From Schizochytrium sp. TIO01 (lineage: Eukaryota > Protista > Bigyra: Labyrinthulomycetes), in assembly GCA_004764695.1 (NCBI GenBank), contig SMSO01000014.1, forward strand, positions 3,033,648 to 3,097,647: 64,000 bases of DNA, read 5' to 3'. Of this stretch, positions 53,661 to 64,000 are shown piece after piece. The stretch's first letter is position 1. Each line of letters starts with the position of its first letter. The notes under the pieces were generated by a model, which searched no databases, was not told the origin of the DNA, and was given only the letters and a program-made list of their open reading frames with translations. Position numbers and translations under genes: made by a program.

Positions 53661-55445
53661 CTCGCAATCAATTCTTTTATTTATCTGTCGTAGTTGCAAC
53701 AAGCTTTGAGAAGTTTCCATTTTCTAACCATTTGAATATTAGTGATTTTGCAAGTTGGTGATGAATCTCTCATCTGCAAGCGAATCTTCTCGACATGAAA
53801 GCACAACAGTGAACGTCTTGCAATTTCAAAGTGTTTGCAACAGGCATTTAGGCTAAAGGAAAATGAAGTCAGGCCCAAGGAGAAAAGAAACAAGGAAACT
53901 TTAAATAAAAACTTAAAAATAAATTTTAATTAAAACTAAAACTTTAAAATAAATAAATGCCCAGGTTGAAAAAATGTAAAGAATTAAAAAGAAATTATCT
54001 TTGGCCTCCTTCTTATTTTGTTTGTGGTATAGGTTCACGGGCTGCGCTGTTTTGATGCATTGAGGAAATGGTCGCTTTCCTTTGAGTAACCTATGTCCTA
54101 CATGCCGAAACTTCTGGCCTTACATGTTCTTTTCATTTCCTTATTGTATATAACCATAAATGAATAAAAATTCATTTATTTTATCTGCCCATCTAAAAAA
54201 TGCACGAATTCAGAGTAGACCCAGCAAAGCCGAACACAATTCGGTGATAGTGATAGCAGAATCCACTGCGTCTCCAGCTCGCTGGGGCTTGCTCTTGCGC
54301 TGCTTTGGACCTAGCGGCGCATGTTCTACTAGCCCAAGAACTCTCAATCGTCGTTATCGTCGTCGTCGTCGTCGTAGGAGGAGGAGGAGGAGTGCTTATT
54401 GTGTCAGCTCCTCAAACTTTATTTTTTTTTAAATTACATGCAGCTGTGCGTGCAAACTGCAGCTGCATGTGCTAGTGAGCTTCGAAGCAACGAGTTGAGT
54501 TTGGGTGGTGAGTCGTGTCAAATGGCGTCACAACTCGTAAGAAGCTGGTTGCAGCTGCTTACTGAGCCCTCTCCGAATCATGGCTCGTTCGCGTGCGTCT
54601 TGGAGGTTGCTGTGCGCGTGCGTAGGGTGGCGTCGGGTTCGGAAGGAGAGAAGATGCGAAACTTGTACTCTCTTTCCTCTTTCCTCCTTCAACTTTAAAA
54701 AGGGCGTCAAATCTTCCTCTCTTGATTCGTCGAGAGCGCAACCCCCATTATACTTGCATGAAAGCTTTTATGGAGGAATAGGTGAGACTGCGAAATCGGG
54801 GCTACCTATGGAGTGGTGATAGAAGGGACTCTGTGTACATTTTTGAACTAAATGGCCACGCTTGTTGTCTGTGTATGTTTGTTTCAACTAGACTCGCTTA
54901 AAACGCGTGGGACATTCGGATAGTGGCGTGAAAATAAACATAAAAACGTGCAACTGCAAATACATTGCAAATCGTACGTTAGAAGTACTGGATTTATCTT
55001 ATACTGTTTGCAGTGGTTGAAAATTTCCTCTTGTGAACCGCAGATATAATTAACTCAATAACAACTAGAATAGATTAAGATTTCATTGCATGGGGCTACC
55101 GTCGCTTGAATTAAGGCTCCAATGGGTTGTTTCAAGTGAGTGAACCTAATTAGAGAGCGCTGACCCTTATTTCAATTGTTGAAATATTCAAATTAATCAA
55201 TAAGCAGCTGCAAGTAGTTTTAAACCATTGCTCTTTCGTTTTACAGGACCAGAAAAAGCAAACAGACTCAATGAGCAGAATTACAAACAATAAATTCATC
55301 GTTCATACTATAAGCTTAAATTTTGGGAAAATGCGGTCTAGAGAAGGTGATTTTAAAAGGCTAAAATCATTATGACTCATCACTTTTAAAAACAAAATCG
55401 GTACACTCCACGTTTTGTCCAGGTACAGAATGTATGGGACTCTAA

Positions 55446-55760
55446 TTACTGCTGCTGCTGTTGTTTGCAAATGGCCTTGTGGCCAGAACGCCAATGGGCA
55501 AGCTGGCAGTCACGGCTGCAGTAGGTAGCCTTATGGCATCCACCACAGATCATCTCAGAGCGCTTGTTGCAACCGTCGTTGGAGCAAATGGAATCTGCAG
55601 GCTTGTTTTGGTCAAGGGTTACAACTGGTGCGGCGGCTTGCGAAAAGCTATTCTGGCGAGAAAGAGACGCCTTAGGAGAGCCTTGCGAAAAGCTGTTCTG
55701 GCGAGAGAGTGACCCTACAGGGGATCCTGGGCCCTGCGAAAAGCTATTCTGACGACTCAA
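55446..55760 (-). CDS. +1-frame C-terminal continuation of the channelrhodopsin: three LSRQNSFSQ repeats and a MYND-type zinc finger
   Basis: CSNDGC...ICGGCHKATYCSRDCQLAHWRSGHKAIC is a complete MYND pattern. There is no ATG before the finger. The ORF overlaps the rhodopsin stop and continues its peptide repeat. Confidence 0.8.
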   Translation of the reverse strand: MSRQNSFSQGPGSPVGSLSRQNSFSQGSPKASLSRQNSFSQAAAPVVTLDQNKPADSICSNDGCNKRSEMICGGCHKATYCSRDCQLAHWRSGHKAICKQQQQQ

Positions 55761-57495
55761 TGGAACCTGTTGGGGAGTTGGGAACGCTAAAGCTGTTCAT
55801 GCGATTCATGGCAACCTGCTGACCTGGCACCTGTGCTTGGATTTGTTGAGGTGAAACTGGAACGTTAATGTAGGGCATCTGGGGTTGCATTTGCTGCTGC
55901 ATTTGGGGTTGCATCTGGGGTTGCATCTGGGGTTGCATCTGGGGTTGCATCTGGGGTTGAAACGGAAGCCCTGCCGGAGCATAAAACGAAGCGGAGTGCG
56001 GCATGATCATGGGGCTTTGACGAGCGGCTAGGGCTGCAGAGATATCGTTATCATCGTAGGTATGTCCAGTGCTAGACGGAAATTCGGGCATGTCGCGGAG
56101 AGTCTTGCCTGGCGTAGCACGAATGAGATGCAGTGAACCAGCAGAACGACGAATCTCAGACTCGACCTCACGAGCACGGGCAGTTTCGCGCCACAAGTAA
56201 GCAGTCTGAGCCCAGTGGCGAATGAGGTCTCCTAAGAATGCCTCATCAAGAACGTGATGTACAATTCCATGGGACATCTCGTTGTTGCGGTCCTCCTTCT
56301 CTAGCATAGAGACACTGTTGTCGTCAAAGGTGTATCCAAGTACAGGAATCTGGAAAGGCTCCGAGCCGACAATCTTCTTAAAGTCCTTGAGGGAGTTCGG
56401 GTGATCAAAGTGCTTGGTGAGGCTGACAAGAATAGTCTCAAACTCATCAACACGTCCACGGCGAAGAATCTGTTTTGCGTTGTTGAGGTCCATAGCCATC
56501 ACACACTCCACATTGACATCCTTAAGCATGTACATAAACAAACGCTGGTAGCTCACTTCGGGCTCAATGACCAAGACCTTGACAGTCTGCTCAGCGTTCC
56601 ATACACGGCTCTTGTTGGCTGCGTTTTCTGCGTCTTCATCTTGCTCCGGGGTGGGTACAACCATATGCGTAGAGTAGCGCACAGTGTGGCTGACAGGGTC
56701 AAGCTCGTAACCAGTGTAGACACAAACATTGGAGCCACGGCTCTGAAGGTAGGGAAGAAGCTTGTTGTATCGCATGTACCACATGCCGAAGCCAAAAAGG
56801 TTCTTGCCAATCAAGTCGCCAATAGCATGTCCAATCACATCACCTTCGTGGGAGATCACATTTAGAACAGGGGGGCCAAGGAAGTAGAGAAGAGGAAAGA
56901 TACCCCAAGAAATGAAGAGCAGGGCAGTAATTCCGTGGAGCCAAACAAGAAGATCACCCTCTGCGAACTGCTCTTGGCGCATGCGCTCAAGAAAGTACAC
57001 GTCTGTCATGAAGTAAATGACTGTGGAAATGGCACAGGCTAGGAAGATGTAGCGCACAAGATCTGTCTCTTGAAATGTTGCTGTGATACCAAAACCCATG
57101 ACGAGGAGATCCTTCATTACCATGAAGTTAACTTTCACAGGTTCAACATTGGGACCAAGCATACTAATTAAACCAAAGAATCCAAACAGCATAACAGGGC
57201 AGGTAACCATCCATACAATGTATCGGCCAAGCGCAACATCACGAATTTCATCACCAAAAGCAACACGCGCGAATAACCAATTTCCCTTGCCAACAGCAGC
57301 TAGTCCATACACCACAGCAGTCACAAACTGTACATAGATCGAGTACAGCGTACTACGGCCGTAATGCCACTGGTACGTATAGAAGATTACAAAAAAGATG
57401 GATGTGGCACATGTTACACCACGAACCAACGAGCCAGCAATACCTAAAGGTTCATACTCGACCAAGGTCATCAGGACCTCTGTCTCGGTCGTCAT
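55744..57495 (-). CDS. anion channelrhodopsin-like microbial rhodopsin with C-terminal receiver (CheY)-like domain and QPQM repeat
   Basis: TM3 RYIVWMVTCPVML (cf. ChR2 RYAEWLLTCPVIL, with the counterion replaced by Val), TM4 Asp in MKDLLV, TM6 SWGIFPLLYFLGP, TM7 HAIGDLIGKNLFG (retinal Lys). Receiver-like fold from VKVLVIE (56583) to LIRHW (~56212). Confidence 0.92.
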   Translation of the reverse strand: MTTETEVLMTLVEYEPLGIAGSLVRGVTCATSIFFVIFYTYQWHYGRSTLYSIYVQFVTAVVYGLAAVGKGNWLFARVAFGDEIRDVALGRYIVWMVTCPVMLFGFFGLISMLGPNVEPVKVNFMVMKDLLVMGFGITATFQETDLVRYIFLACAISTVIYFMTDVYFLERMRQEQFAEGDLLVWLHGITALLFISWGIFPLLYFLGPPVLNVISHEGDVIGHAIGDLIGKNLFGFGMWYMRYNKLLPYLQSRGSNVCVYTGYELDPVSHTVRYSTHMVVPTPEQDEDAENAANKSRVWNAEQTVKVLVIEPEVSYQRLFMYMLKDVNVECVMAMDLNNAKQILRRGRVDEFETILVSLTKHFDHPNSLKDFKKIVGSEPFQIPVLGYTFDDNSVSMLEKEDRNNEMSHGIVHHVLDEAFLGDLIRHWAQTAYLWRETARAREVESEIRRSAGSLHLIRATPGKTLRDMPEFPSSTGHTYDDNDISAALAARQSPMIMPHSASFYAPAGLPFQPQMQPQMQPQMQPQMQPQMQQQMQPQMPYINVPVSPQQIQAQVPGQQVAMNRMNSFSVPNSPTGSIESSE

Positions 57496-60400
57496 TTTCC
57501 TGGCAAACTAATGCAGAGCTCGTTGACAAATTCAAGATCTTCAGCCTTGTCAATTGATAATGGCCTTTAAGACCTTTATCCTCTCTACAATGTTGTCTCC
57601 CTCTCCCTGCTATACTGCCAGATTGCTTATGTTTGGGTCAGATGATTTTCGAATTCAGGTTTGCTTCTGATCCTCGCCACAAACTTTGCCGGCTTCTTCA
57701 ATTCTTTTTAATCAGACTATTAAAACTCAAACAGTCTGAGAATAATTAGCTCGAACATATTGCAAAGTTGGAACTGATCAGTTGATTTACACTTGCTCTA
57801 GAATGTGATACCATCTCTATTATCCGGGACTTCTAGCGAATAAGACCTCGATGTACCCATGCATTTCTTTATACTCACTGTAAACCACAAGTGTGGCTTT
57901 TGAACCATCAACGGATAATAATAATTATGAGCAATATACTAACGGATCACACAACGGACCTTATTTTGTTCCACAGCGTAGACATGGTGCTTCAAGTGAA
58001 CAGTTTAGACTTCGAATACTTCGCAACGGTTTCAGAGAACATGTAAGTTTTGTTTTACGTATTCTCTGCGTATGCTCTGCACCAACTGAGTTGTTGCGGT
58101 AAAGGGTTTTTTAAAAGCGTCCTTTCTAGCCGACGCAGCATTGTGAAGGATTCACACGAAGCCTAGGGGAGGACGACATTTGTTTCATCTCAATTACCCG
58201 TTTCTTTTAAAAATAGAAAATAAAAGCATCTATGAAATCGAATTGAGAGACTTGAGATCAAGTGTACAAGAAATAGTCTGCACCATCTTGATTTCTTCTT
58301 CCTGGGAGTTAGAGATAGAGAGCATGGACATTCTTCTTGACATTAAAAGCTTCTCCAATAAACTGTCTTTGATATATAGATCAATGACCAGTACATCGTG
58401 CAGGCAAATCGTTGAGGTAAAGTTAAGGAGCTTTCACTTCAATGCTGCTATGAGTACAGATGGCACGCGTCACAGCATCACCACTTGAGGTAAATTTGTG
58501 GCAAATAAACTAAAATAAAATAACGGATTATCTTCATTTAATGGAAAGAATAAAACCGTGTGGTTCTTTCATATTTCCTTGACCAACATCAGTGACACAG
58601 GCTCTTTGGTCGACGTCATAGGTAGTTGCGTCAAGAGTAAAGCGAGCTGAAGACGTTGCAAACATTGCTCGAGTTATGGTCTATTTGCGGCACTAACTTT
58701 AATCATACCTATATATATTTATTTTAGTTTCTTTATTAAAATTAGGTTTTAAATAAGACCATAACGACAATGAGTATCAGATCTCGGTTATTTCATAGTT
58801 GAGGTAATTTCAGGATCTAAGGTCCATGAAACAGTTTTCTTTAGTATTGAGCTGGCTGGCCAACCTGCGAAGCCTGCTCTTTATTTTCTTTATAATCTAG
58901 TTTCTCAATAGCAACTTGAATATTGAAATTATGTATGTTGTTAAAGAAGTTGTACAATGACCTTCGCGCGCGAAACTTGTTTCAAGTGCTGCCGGCTCAA
59001 TAATATTGCAGAGGCTACCGCAAAACTTTGAGGAAGTCAACCAGTTAAGTTGTGTTTGCCTCAAAAAGTTCCTGTAGAAACTGTACACCATTCCAACGTC
59101 AAGGTGACTGCCGCTGCAGATTGGATTGGTGAAGAAGCTAAATTCAATGCTAGCTAGCTCTTACCTCACTGTGCTTCTCAGACTGTGATATGTTCCTCAT
59201 TCCTCCCACAACAGTGGATGAAAATAACACTCCAATAGCGCATTATCGTAACAGTGTAAGCTCAAGTTTGAAGGCCAACGTTGCGGAACATTCATGGTAT
59301 TTATATACATACCTGCCCTTTTTTTCCTTCTAACTTTTAAAATGACTGTTGATTATTACTATTATAACTATGATTATTTACTAAAAGTATGAGAGAGAAA
59401 GAGAAAGGGAGAGAAATCATTTCTTCACTATAGACTCCAGAGTAAACGGTATACACCCCTATTAGCTTAATGATTGAAGAAATGGTTTTCCAAAGGGGAC
59501 ATCCTAGTCCTCTGATGCGCGCTTCACACACTTGTGTGTCATGACTATAGGCTAAACTAGCATTTTCGCTTTCCTCAGGGTGTATAGTTCATCCTACGCA
59601 GTATGTATATCTTAATTTCCTACTCATGGCTTTATCGTGTCTAATGTCTAGGAAAATCCCCAAAACATAGCCGGACAATCAGCAATTACTGATTCAAAAA
59701 AAAAAGAATAACTTCCGGTATTTACTACAAACTATACTTTTGGTCATAGAGCCTGCACGTGGTATGTTGGGCAACCAGGAGGCAGAAAATTATTCTGAGC
59801 GGAGTGGCGTCATCTTTGGAGATGCCAGGTAAAAAACCATAATTGCAAGACCTTCCGTTTCTAGGTTCGCTTTTTCTAGTGAGCAAATATAAAAGCAAGA
59901 CGAGAGTTACTAGGGTTAATAAGAGTTATTTCGAAACGTTCAGAATCTCATGCTTGAAACGACATCAGCATATTTACGGCTCGTTTGTGCGCGTCTTCAC
60001 TTGTTTTCCCGAATTAATGCTGTCGATATTGAATCATACAAGGCTCTTTAAATGATGAAGAAAATAACTTTTTAACGGAATTCTAATAAATAAATCCGTT
60101 AGGAGAAAATAACAGTCTACCTTTTGTCAACAATATTGTTGTAAAGTGCCACGCAGCTTGTGAGTAAAGCCGCACGAGCCTGTGCATCCTTGGGGCTTCG
60201 TTGGTGCGTCATAAGTCCACTAGGACTTGAACTATTCTAGTTGATTACATGTTCAAATTTGGACATCTTTGTGAAAGAGTCTTTTGCTGCATCTCCATGA
60301 AAGTCGTTTTAGTACTATCAAAGACCTATGACAACACTAAGATATAAAAGGCATAGACATTCGAAGACTGTAGCTTTTAGTGGTAGTATTTTTAACATCG

Positions 60401-61017
60401 AATTATTGTGCACACGTCTTTCGAGAACTCTTAAAATGTATAACTCGAAATGTCATTCTTGTGCACATACCGGTCATATTCCTCGATTGTTATATTGGCA
60501 CCTATATTCTCATAGTTTATTTAGTTATCTCAAGTGCCCTCTCTTTCGCGTGCGAGCGCGAATACTGCAGTCTAGGCCAGATAGATCAAGGTTAACTCCC
60601 CCTAAGATAAGTAGCGAAGTGATCACGCCAGAAATACAGCGAAAACGAAGGACAAAGACTAGCCGAGATAGCACAAGTGATATCAAAATCAACATCGATT
60701 CTCTTCTAGAGAGGGCAGTGGATCCTTCGGAAGTCAAGGTAAGACTTCTGGATATGGTCACAAGTTGCCGGAGGCAAGCTCTAAGATCACTCACCCACTG
60801 AGGACAACTTATATGAAAATAATCCATTGACTCGCATATAGCTGCTTGCTCACGACATCAATACTGGTGATTTAAGGGTTATCAAAGAACAATAGAAGAG
60901 CGACCTGTTGCGAAGGTGTCTTGCTTGCAGGATCAACTATATTAGATTCACTGTCTTGGAACGTGGCTGCAATAGCTTCAATTTTTGCTGCGTAGGAAGT
61001 GAACAACGTACTTTAAA

Positions 61018-62781
61018 ATGGACAACTCTGGAGAATATAGCCAGGAGGAATTTGAAGACGATACACAACAGCTTCGCTACTCGTCTCAAGGCCGTAAAAC
61101 TAATGCACAAAATCCAGAAGATTATTCTGAAGATGCTGATGAGTATGAAGATATTGAGTCATCTGAAGACGAGGATGAAAGCGCCGGGATGGGCGAACAA
61201 GAGCAAATAGAAAAACTTCGCCTTGCGAATGATGTTTTACGAAAACAGCTTAAGGACTTTGGTCGTGTTTTCGAGGCGAGTATGAACAGCAAACCTGGAG
61301 CAGGACTCGCTTACAAGGCTAGTTCTGGTGGTTCATCTGATAATGGAAAACGATCTTTGCGAGCAATTATTCAGTCTAAGCAAAAACAAGTGCAAGGGAT
61401 GCAGAAAAAGCTGGATGCATACAAGAAAAACAACCAACAGTTGAAAAGACAAATGAAGGAAGCATTCACAACAGACCGCGTCCTCTTACTTACGAATGAA
61501 GTTGAGGAAAAACAAAGGCAAATCGATCAACTTGTGGAGGACAACCGAAGCTTACAAACCTTGCAGAGAACACACGCCAAGCGCATTGCAAAACAACAAG
61601 AGTCTCGAGGAAATTGGTCGACCAAGCTCACGAATCTTCAAGAAGAACTTCGTGTCGCTCGGGAAACCTTGCGTAAATACCGTGAGAAGTCAAGATTTGC
61701 CGAGGAAGAATCCAATCGTCATCGAGAGCACATTATGAAGCTAACAGATCGCAACAAGGAACTCAAGTCAGAAATTAAACGATATGAATCAGCGAATGGA
61801 AAGGCAAAGACTCGCGAAACACTTGATGCAGAGGAGCAGCAGTCCCGCTGGGACGAAGAAAGGCGTAAGCTTGAGCATGCTATTCAGGTCCTTGAGAAGA
61901 GCAATAAACAAGAGCGAATTAAAGCACATCAAGCTACTAAGCAACTAGAGGTCAAGGCACGTGAACACGAATCTGCAATCGAGAAAATGCAGACTGAGCT
62001 TGATCTACGTGAAAAGGATATGCGTTTTCAGCTTGTGCAGATTAAAAAGCTCAAGAAGGGTTTGCGCGAGCTTGCCCTTGGAGACACCCCTCTTAACATA
62101 GGCGACACACCTTGGTCGAGCAATATGCACCATTTCCTTAACAGTAGCGTTAACTTTGATGATGATGAAGGGAATGATAAACAGAGTCCAGCTGTTTCTC
62201 CACATCAAAGATCGTCACCAAAACATTCAGTGCAGTCGCCAACTATTTCTAATTCAGGTCGCGAACCAGCATCCCCCAGCACATCTCCAAAGCCTCGACC
62301 TGGTCCCCCCGAAGGCCGCAGCCCCCCAATTGAGCGTGGGCCTCGAGTCGCGCGCACCAGTGCATCTGCAGCCAGTGCAATTCCAAGTACAACACAGGAT
62401 TCCTCCGAATATGACGTCAAGAAAAGTGAAGACATGACTCAAGAGGAAGAAAATGGCTCTACTGAAGCTGGTGAAACAACCGAAAACGTGAATGCAAATG
62501 ATGCTGAAGTAGTCGATGACTATCATGAGGAACCCATAATTGCAAGGAACAAAACAACGGAATCCATCAACGAGCAGCACAACAATCGAGAAAGAATTGA
62601 GGATGAAGTTGATCAAACACTTGAAGATGAGGACTACACTGAAGGTGATAACATCGAGGATAATGACTCATCTGCCTCACGAACTAATTCAGGTACAGCA
62701 TCAGATATTTCCTCTTCCCAACCAAAGTCTGCATTCGCAAAACCAATGATGAAATCGAAAAAGAAGAAGAAGAAGTTTTAA
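61018..62781 (+). CDS. coiled-coil protein with a lebercilin (LCA5)-like domain, probably ciliary/microtubule-associated, 587 aa
   Basis: LTNEVEEKQRQIDQLVEDNRSLQTLQRTHAKRI...LQEELRVARETLRKYREK resembles the lebercilin core LxNExxELxxxLxELxxENKxLKxLQxRQxKAL...ExLRKxQEK. Acidic N-terminus and basic C-terminus. Confidence 0.7.
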   Translation: MDNSGEYSQEEFEDDTQQLRYSSQGRKTNAQNPEDYSEDADEYEDIESSEDEDESAGMGEQEQIEKLRLANDVLRKQLKDFGRVFEASMNSKPGAGLAYKASSGGSSDNGKRSLRAIIQSKQKQVQGMQKKLDAYKKNNQQLKRQMKEAFTTDRVLLLTNEVEEKQRQIDQLVEDNRSLQTLQRTHAKRIAKQQESRGNWSTKLTNLQEELRVARETLRKYREKSRFAEEESNRHREHIMKLTDRNKELKSEIKRYESANGKAKTRETLDAEEQQSRWDEERRKLEHAIQVLEKSNKQERIKAHQATKQLEVKAREHESAIEKMQTELDLREKDMRFQLVQIKKLKKGLRELALGDTPLNIGDTPWSSNMHHFLNSSVNFDDDEGNDKQSPAVSPHQRSSPKHSVQSPTISNSGREPASPSTSPKPRPGPPEGRSPPIERGPRVARTSASAASAIPSTTQDSSEYDVKKSEDMTQEEENGSTEAGETTENVNANDAEVVDDYHEEPIIARNKTTESINEQHNNRERIEDEVDQTLEDEDYTEGDNIEDNDSSASRTNSGTASDISSSQPKSAFAKPMMKSKKKKKKF

Positions 62782-63531
62782 AAACCTCCTTGGGTGTTAG
62801 AAAGCAGGACAGTAAATCCCTCTCAAATACAATTATTATCTTGTTCTACTATTGCATGCTTGCTTCATATTTGTATAGGTTTTCAATATAGGCCTCTCTC
62901 TCTCTCTATATATATATATAATATTATAACTCTTTTAAAGTACTGACTGCACTAACTTAATCCGAGCTGTATTGTTGTCGCACAAAATAACAGTGGAGGT
63001 TTGGTCAAGGTGTAACTTGCAAATACTTTGTATTGATTCATAAAGGGTTGTAAAGGGTTGTCACGGAAATCAAAAACGGCAATTTGGCCAGAAAGTTTTA
63101 TATATACCGACTACCTACGCAAACATATATATATATTCGAAGTTTCGAAAGAAAAGAAACAAGGTTCTGATTTCATGCTTGCTCGTGGTGTCCAAAGGGA
63201 GTTGTTTCTGCAAACTATACCATGGACTTCTTTGAAGTTCAGGACACGGTACATACAGAACACGATGATAGTGTCTTGACATTTCCATTAATTTCCTTGT
63301 TTGTAAATAGTGTGATCCATTGTTTCATCAATCTCTCATTAAGGGAAAACAAATTTCCTTTAAAAGTAGGACTTTCTAAGGATTATTTTTGTTGAACCAG
63401 CTTGTGAAAGCATCACTGAAGAACCGTAATAAGCTTCCCTTATCTAAGTGTCCATGTGATTATTGTCAAAGTTCAAAACTCGATGACAAACAGACATTTA
63501 TTTTGTATTGATAGACAGAGTATTCTTCGAT

Positions 63532-63999
63532 TTATAACCCCTCTAAGCAGGAATCTACCAGCGCCGCCTCAGCCTCATCGTCAAAAGAAAAGTTCAGGTG
63601 CTCGTTCAAGCTTCGCAAATTCGAGGAAGGACTCTTTGAAGGAGTCAAGGAAACTCCATTCATAAATCCTGGCGAGTACACAGGCAGAGGACTCGGTGGT
63701 ACACGAAGTCTGGAAATCGAATGGCGGCCTAATGAAGATGGTGTGCGTGTCTTATCATTTGCTCCCTTCGGGGTCATCAAAAGATGGTGGGCATCAGACA
63801 ACAAGGAACTTGCAGTGTCCGCAGATGCAGCTGATGTTGAGGTCATATTGCCAAGACGAGAACGAAAACGGGATGGAGCATCGTCAGATGAAGATGAAGA
63901 CGCAGCCGGTGTCGATGATGAGCCGCCCAATTCATCGCTATCCAAGTCGGTGCAGAACTCACCGGTAATGTCATTACGGAGACTGGAACCACGCGATAC
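63532..63999 (-). CDS. 3' end of an unknown Ser/Pro-rich protein, truncated by the window edge
   Basis: The frame stays open to the window end and finishes in an acidic-hydrophobic tail (FSFDDEAEAALVDSCLEGL). Confidence 0.65.
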   Translation of the reverse strand, partial: VSRGSSLRNDITGEFCTDLDSDELGGSSSTPAASSSSSDDAPSRFRSRLGNMTSTSAASADTASSLLSDAHHLLMTPKGANDKTRTPSSLGRHSISRLRVPPSPLPVYSPGFMNGVSLTPSKSPSSNLRSLNEHLNFSFDDEAEAALVDSCLEGL

Positions 64000-64000
64000 T

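Noticed and set aside
58390-58495. Minus-strand LYLNDLP resembling a non-LTR reverse transcriptase motif
   Set aside because: Isolated short match, wrong spacing to a PQG motif, and no YADD downstream.
60328-60801. 157-aa ORF upstream of the lebercilin-like gene
   Set aside because: No recognisable features; it contains a strong AG|GTAAGA donor near 60739 and is more likely promoter, 5' UTR and intron.

Overview
Eukaryotic, gene-dense and almost intron-free DNA with microsatellite-rich intergenic spacers. The style and gene content suggest a thraustochytrid/labyrinthulomycete such as Aurantiochytrium; this is inference, not a database match. About 12 protein-coding genes are supported: an IQ/RING (RBR-like) E3 ligase, a PCIF1-like cap methyltransferase, a HAD hydrolase, a C2-FKBP-SAM scaffold, a spliced 7TM protein, a repeat/coiled-coil/beta-propeller protein, a 4,831-aa SH3-DUF3638/DUF3645-EF-hand-Vps62-like giant, an NFACT-R protein, a CPA2 antiporter with an ACT-like tail, an anion-channelrhodopsin-like gene, a lebercilin-like coiled-coil protein and a partial gene at the right edge. 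Decayed pogo/Tigger-like transposase fragments lie in the 48.4-55.4 kb gap. Two observations stand out. (1) The channelrhodopsin is fused to a pseudo-receiver domain, and its LSRQNSF phospho-repeat tail and MYND zinc finger lie in the +1 frame, reachable only across a single extra base at ~55761. (2) A 387-codon open frame upstream of the first ATG of the C2-FKBP-SAM gene sits in 1.3 kb with no ATG in any frame, the signature of non-AUG initiation with leaky scanning. No tRNA, rRNA or CRISPR array was recognised.
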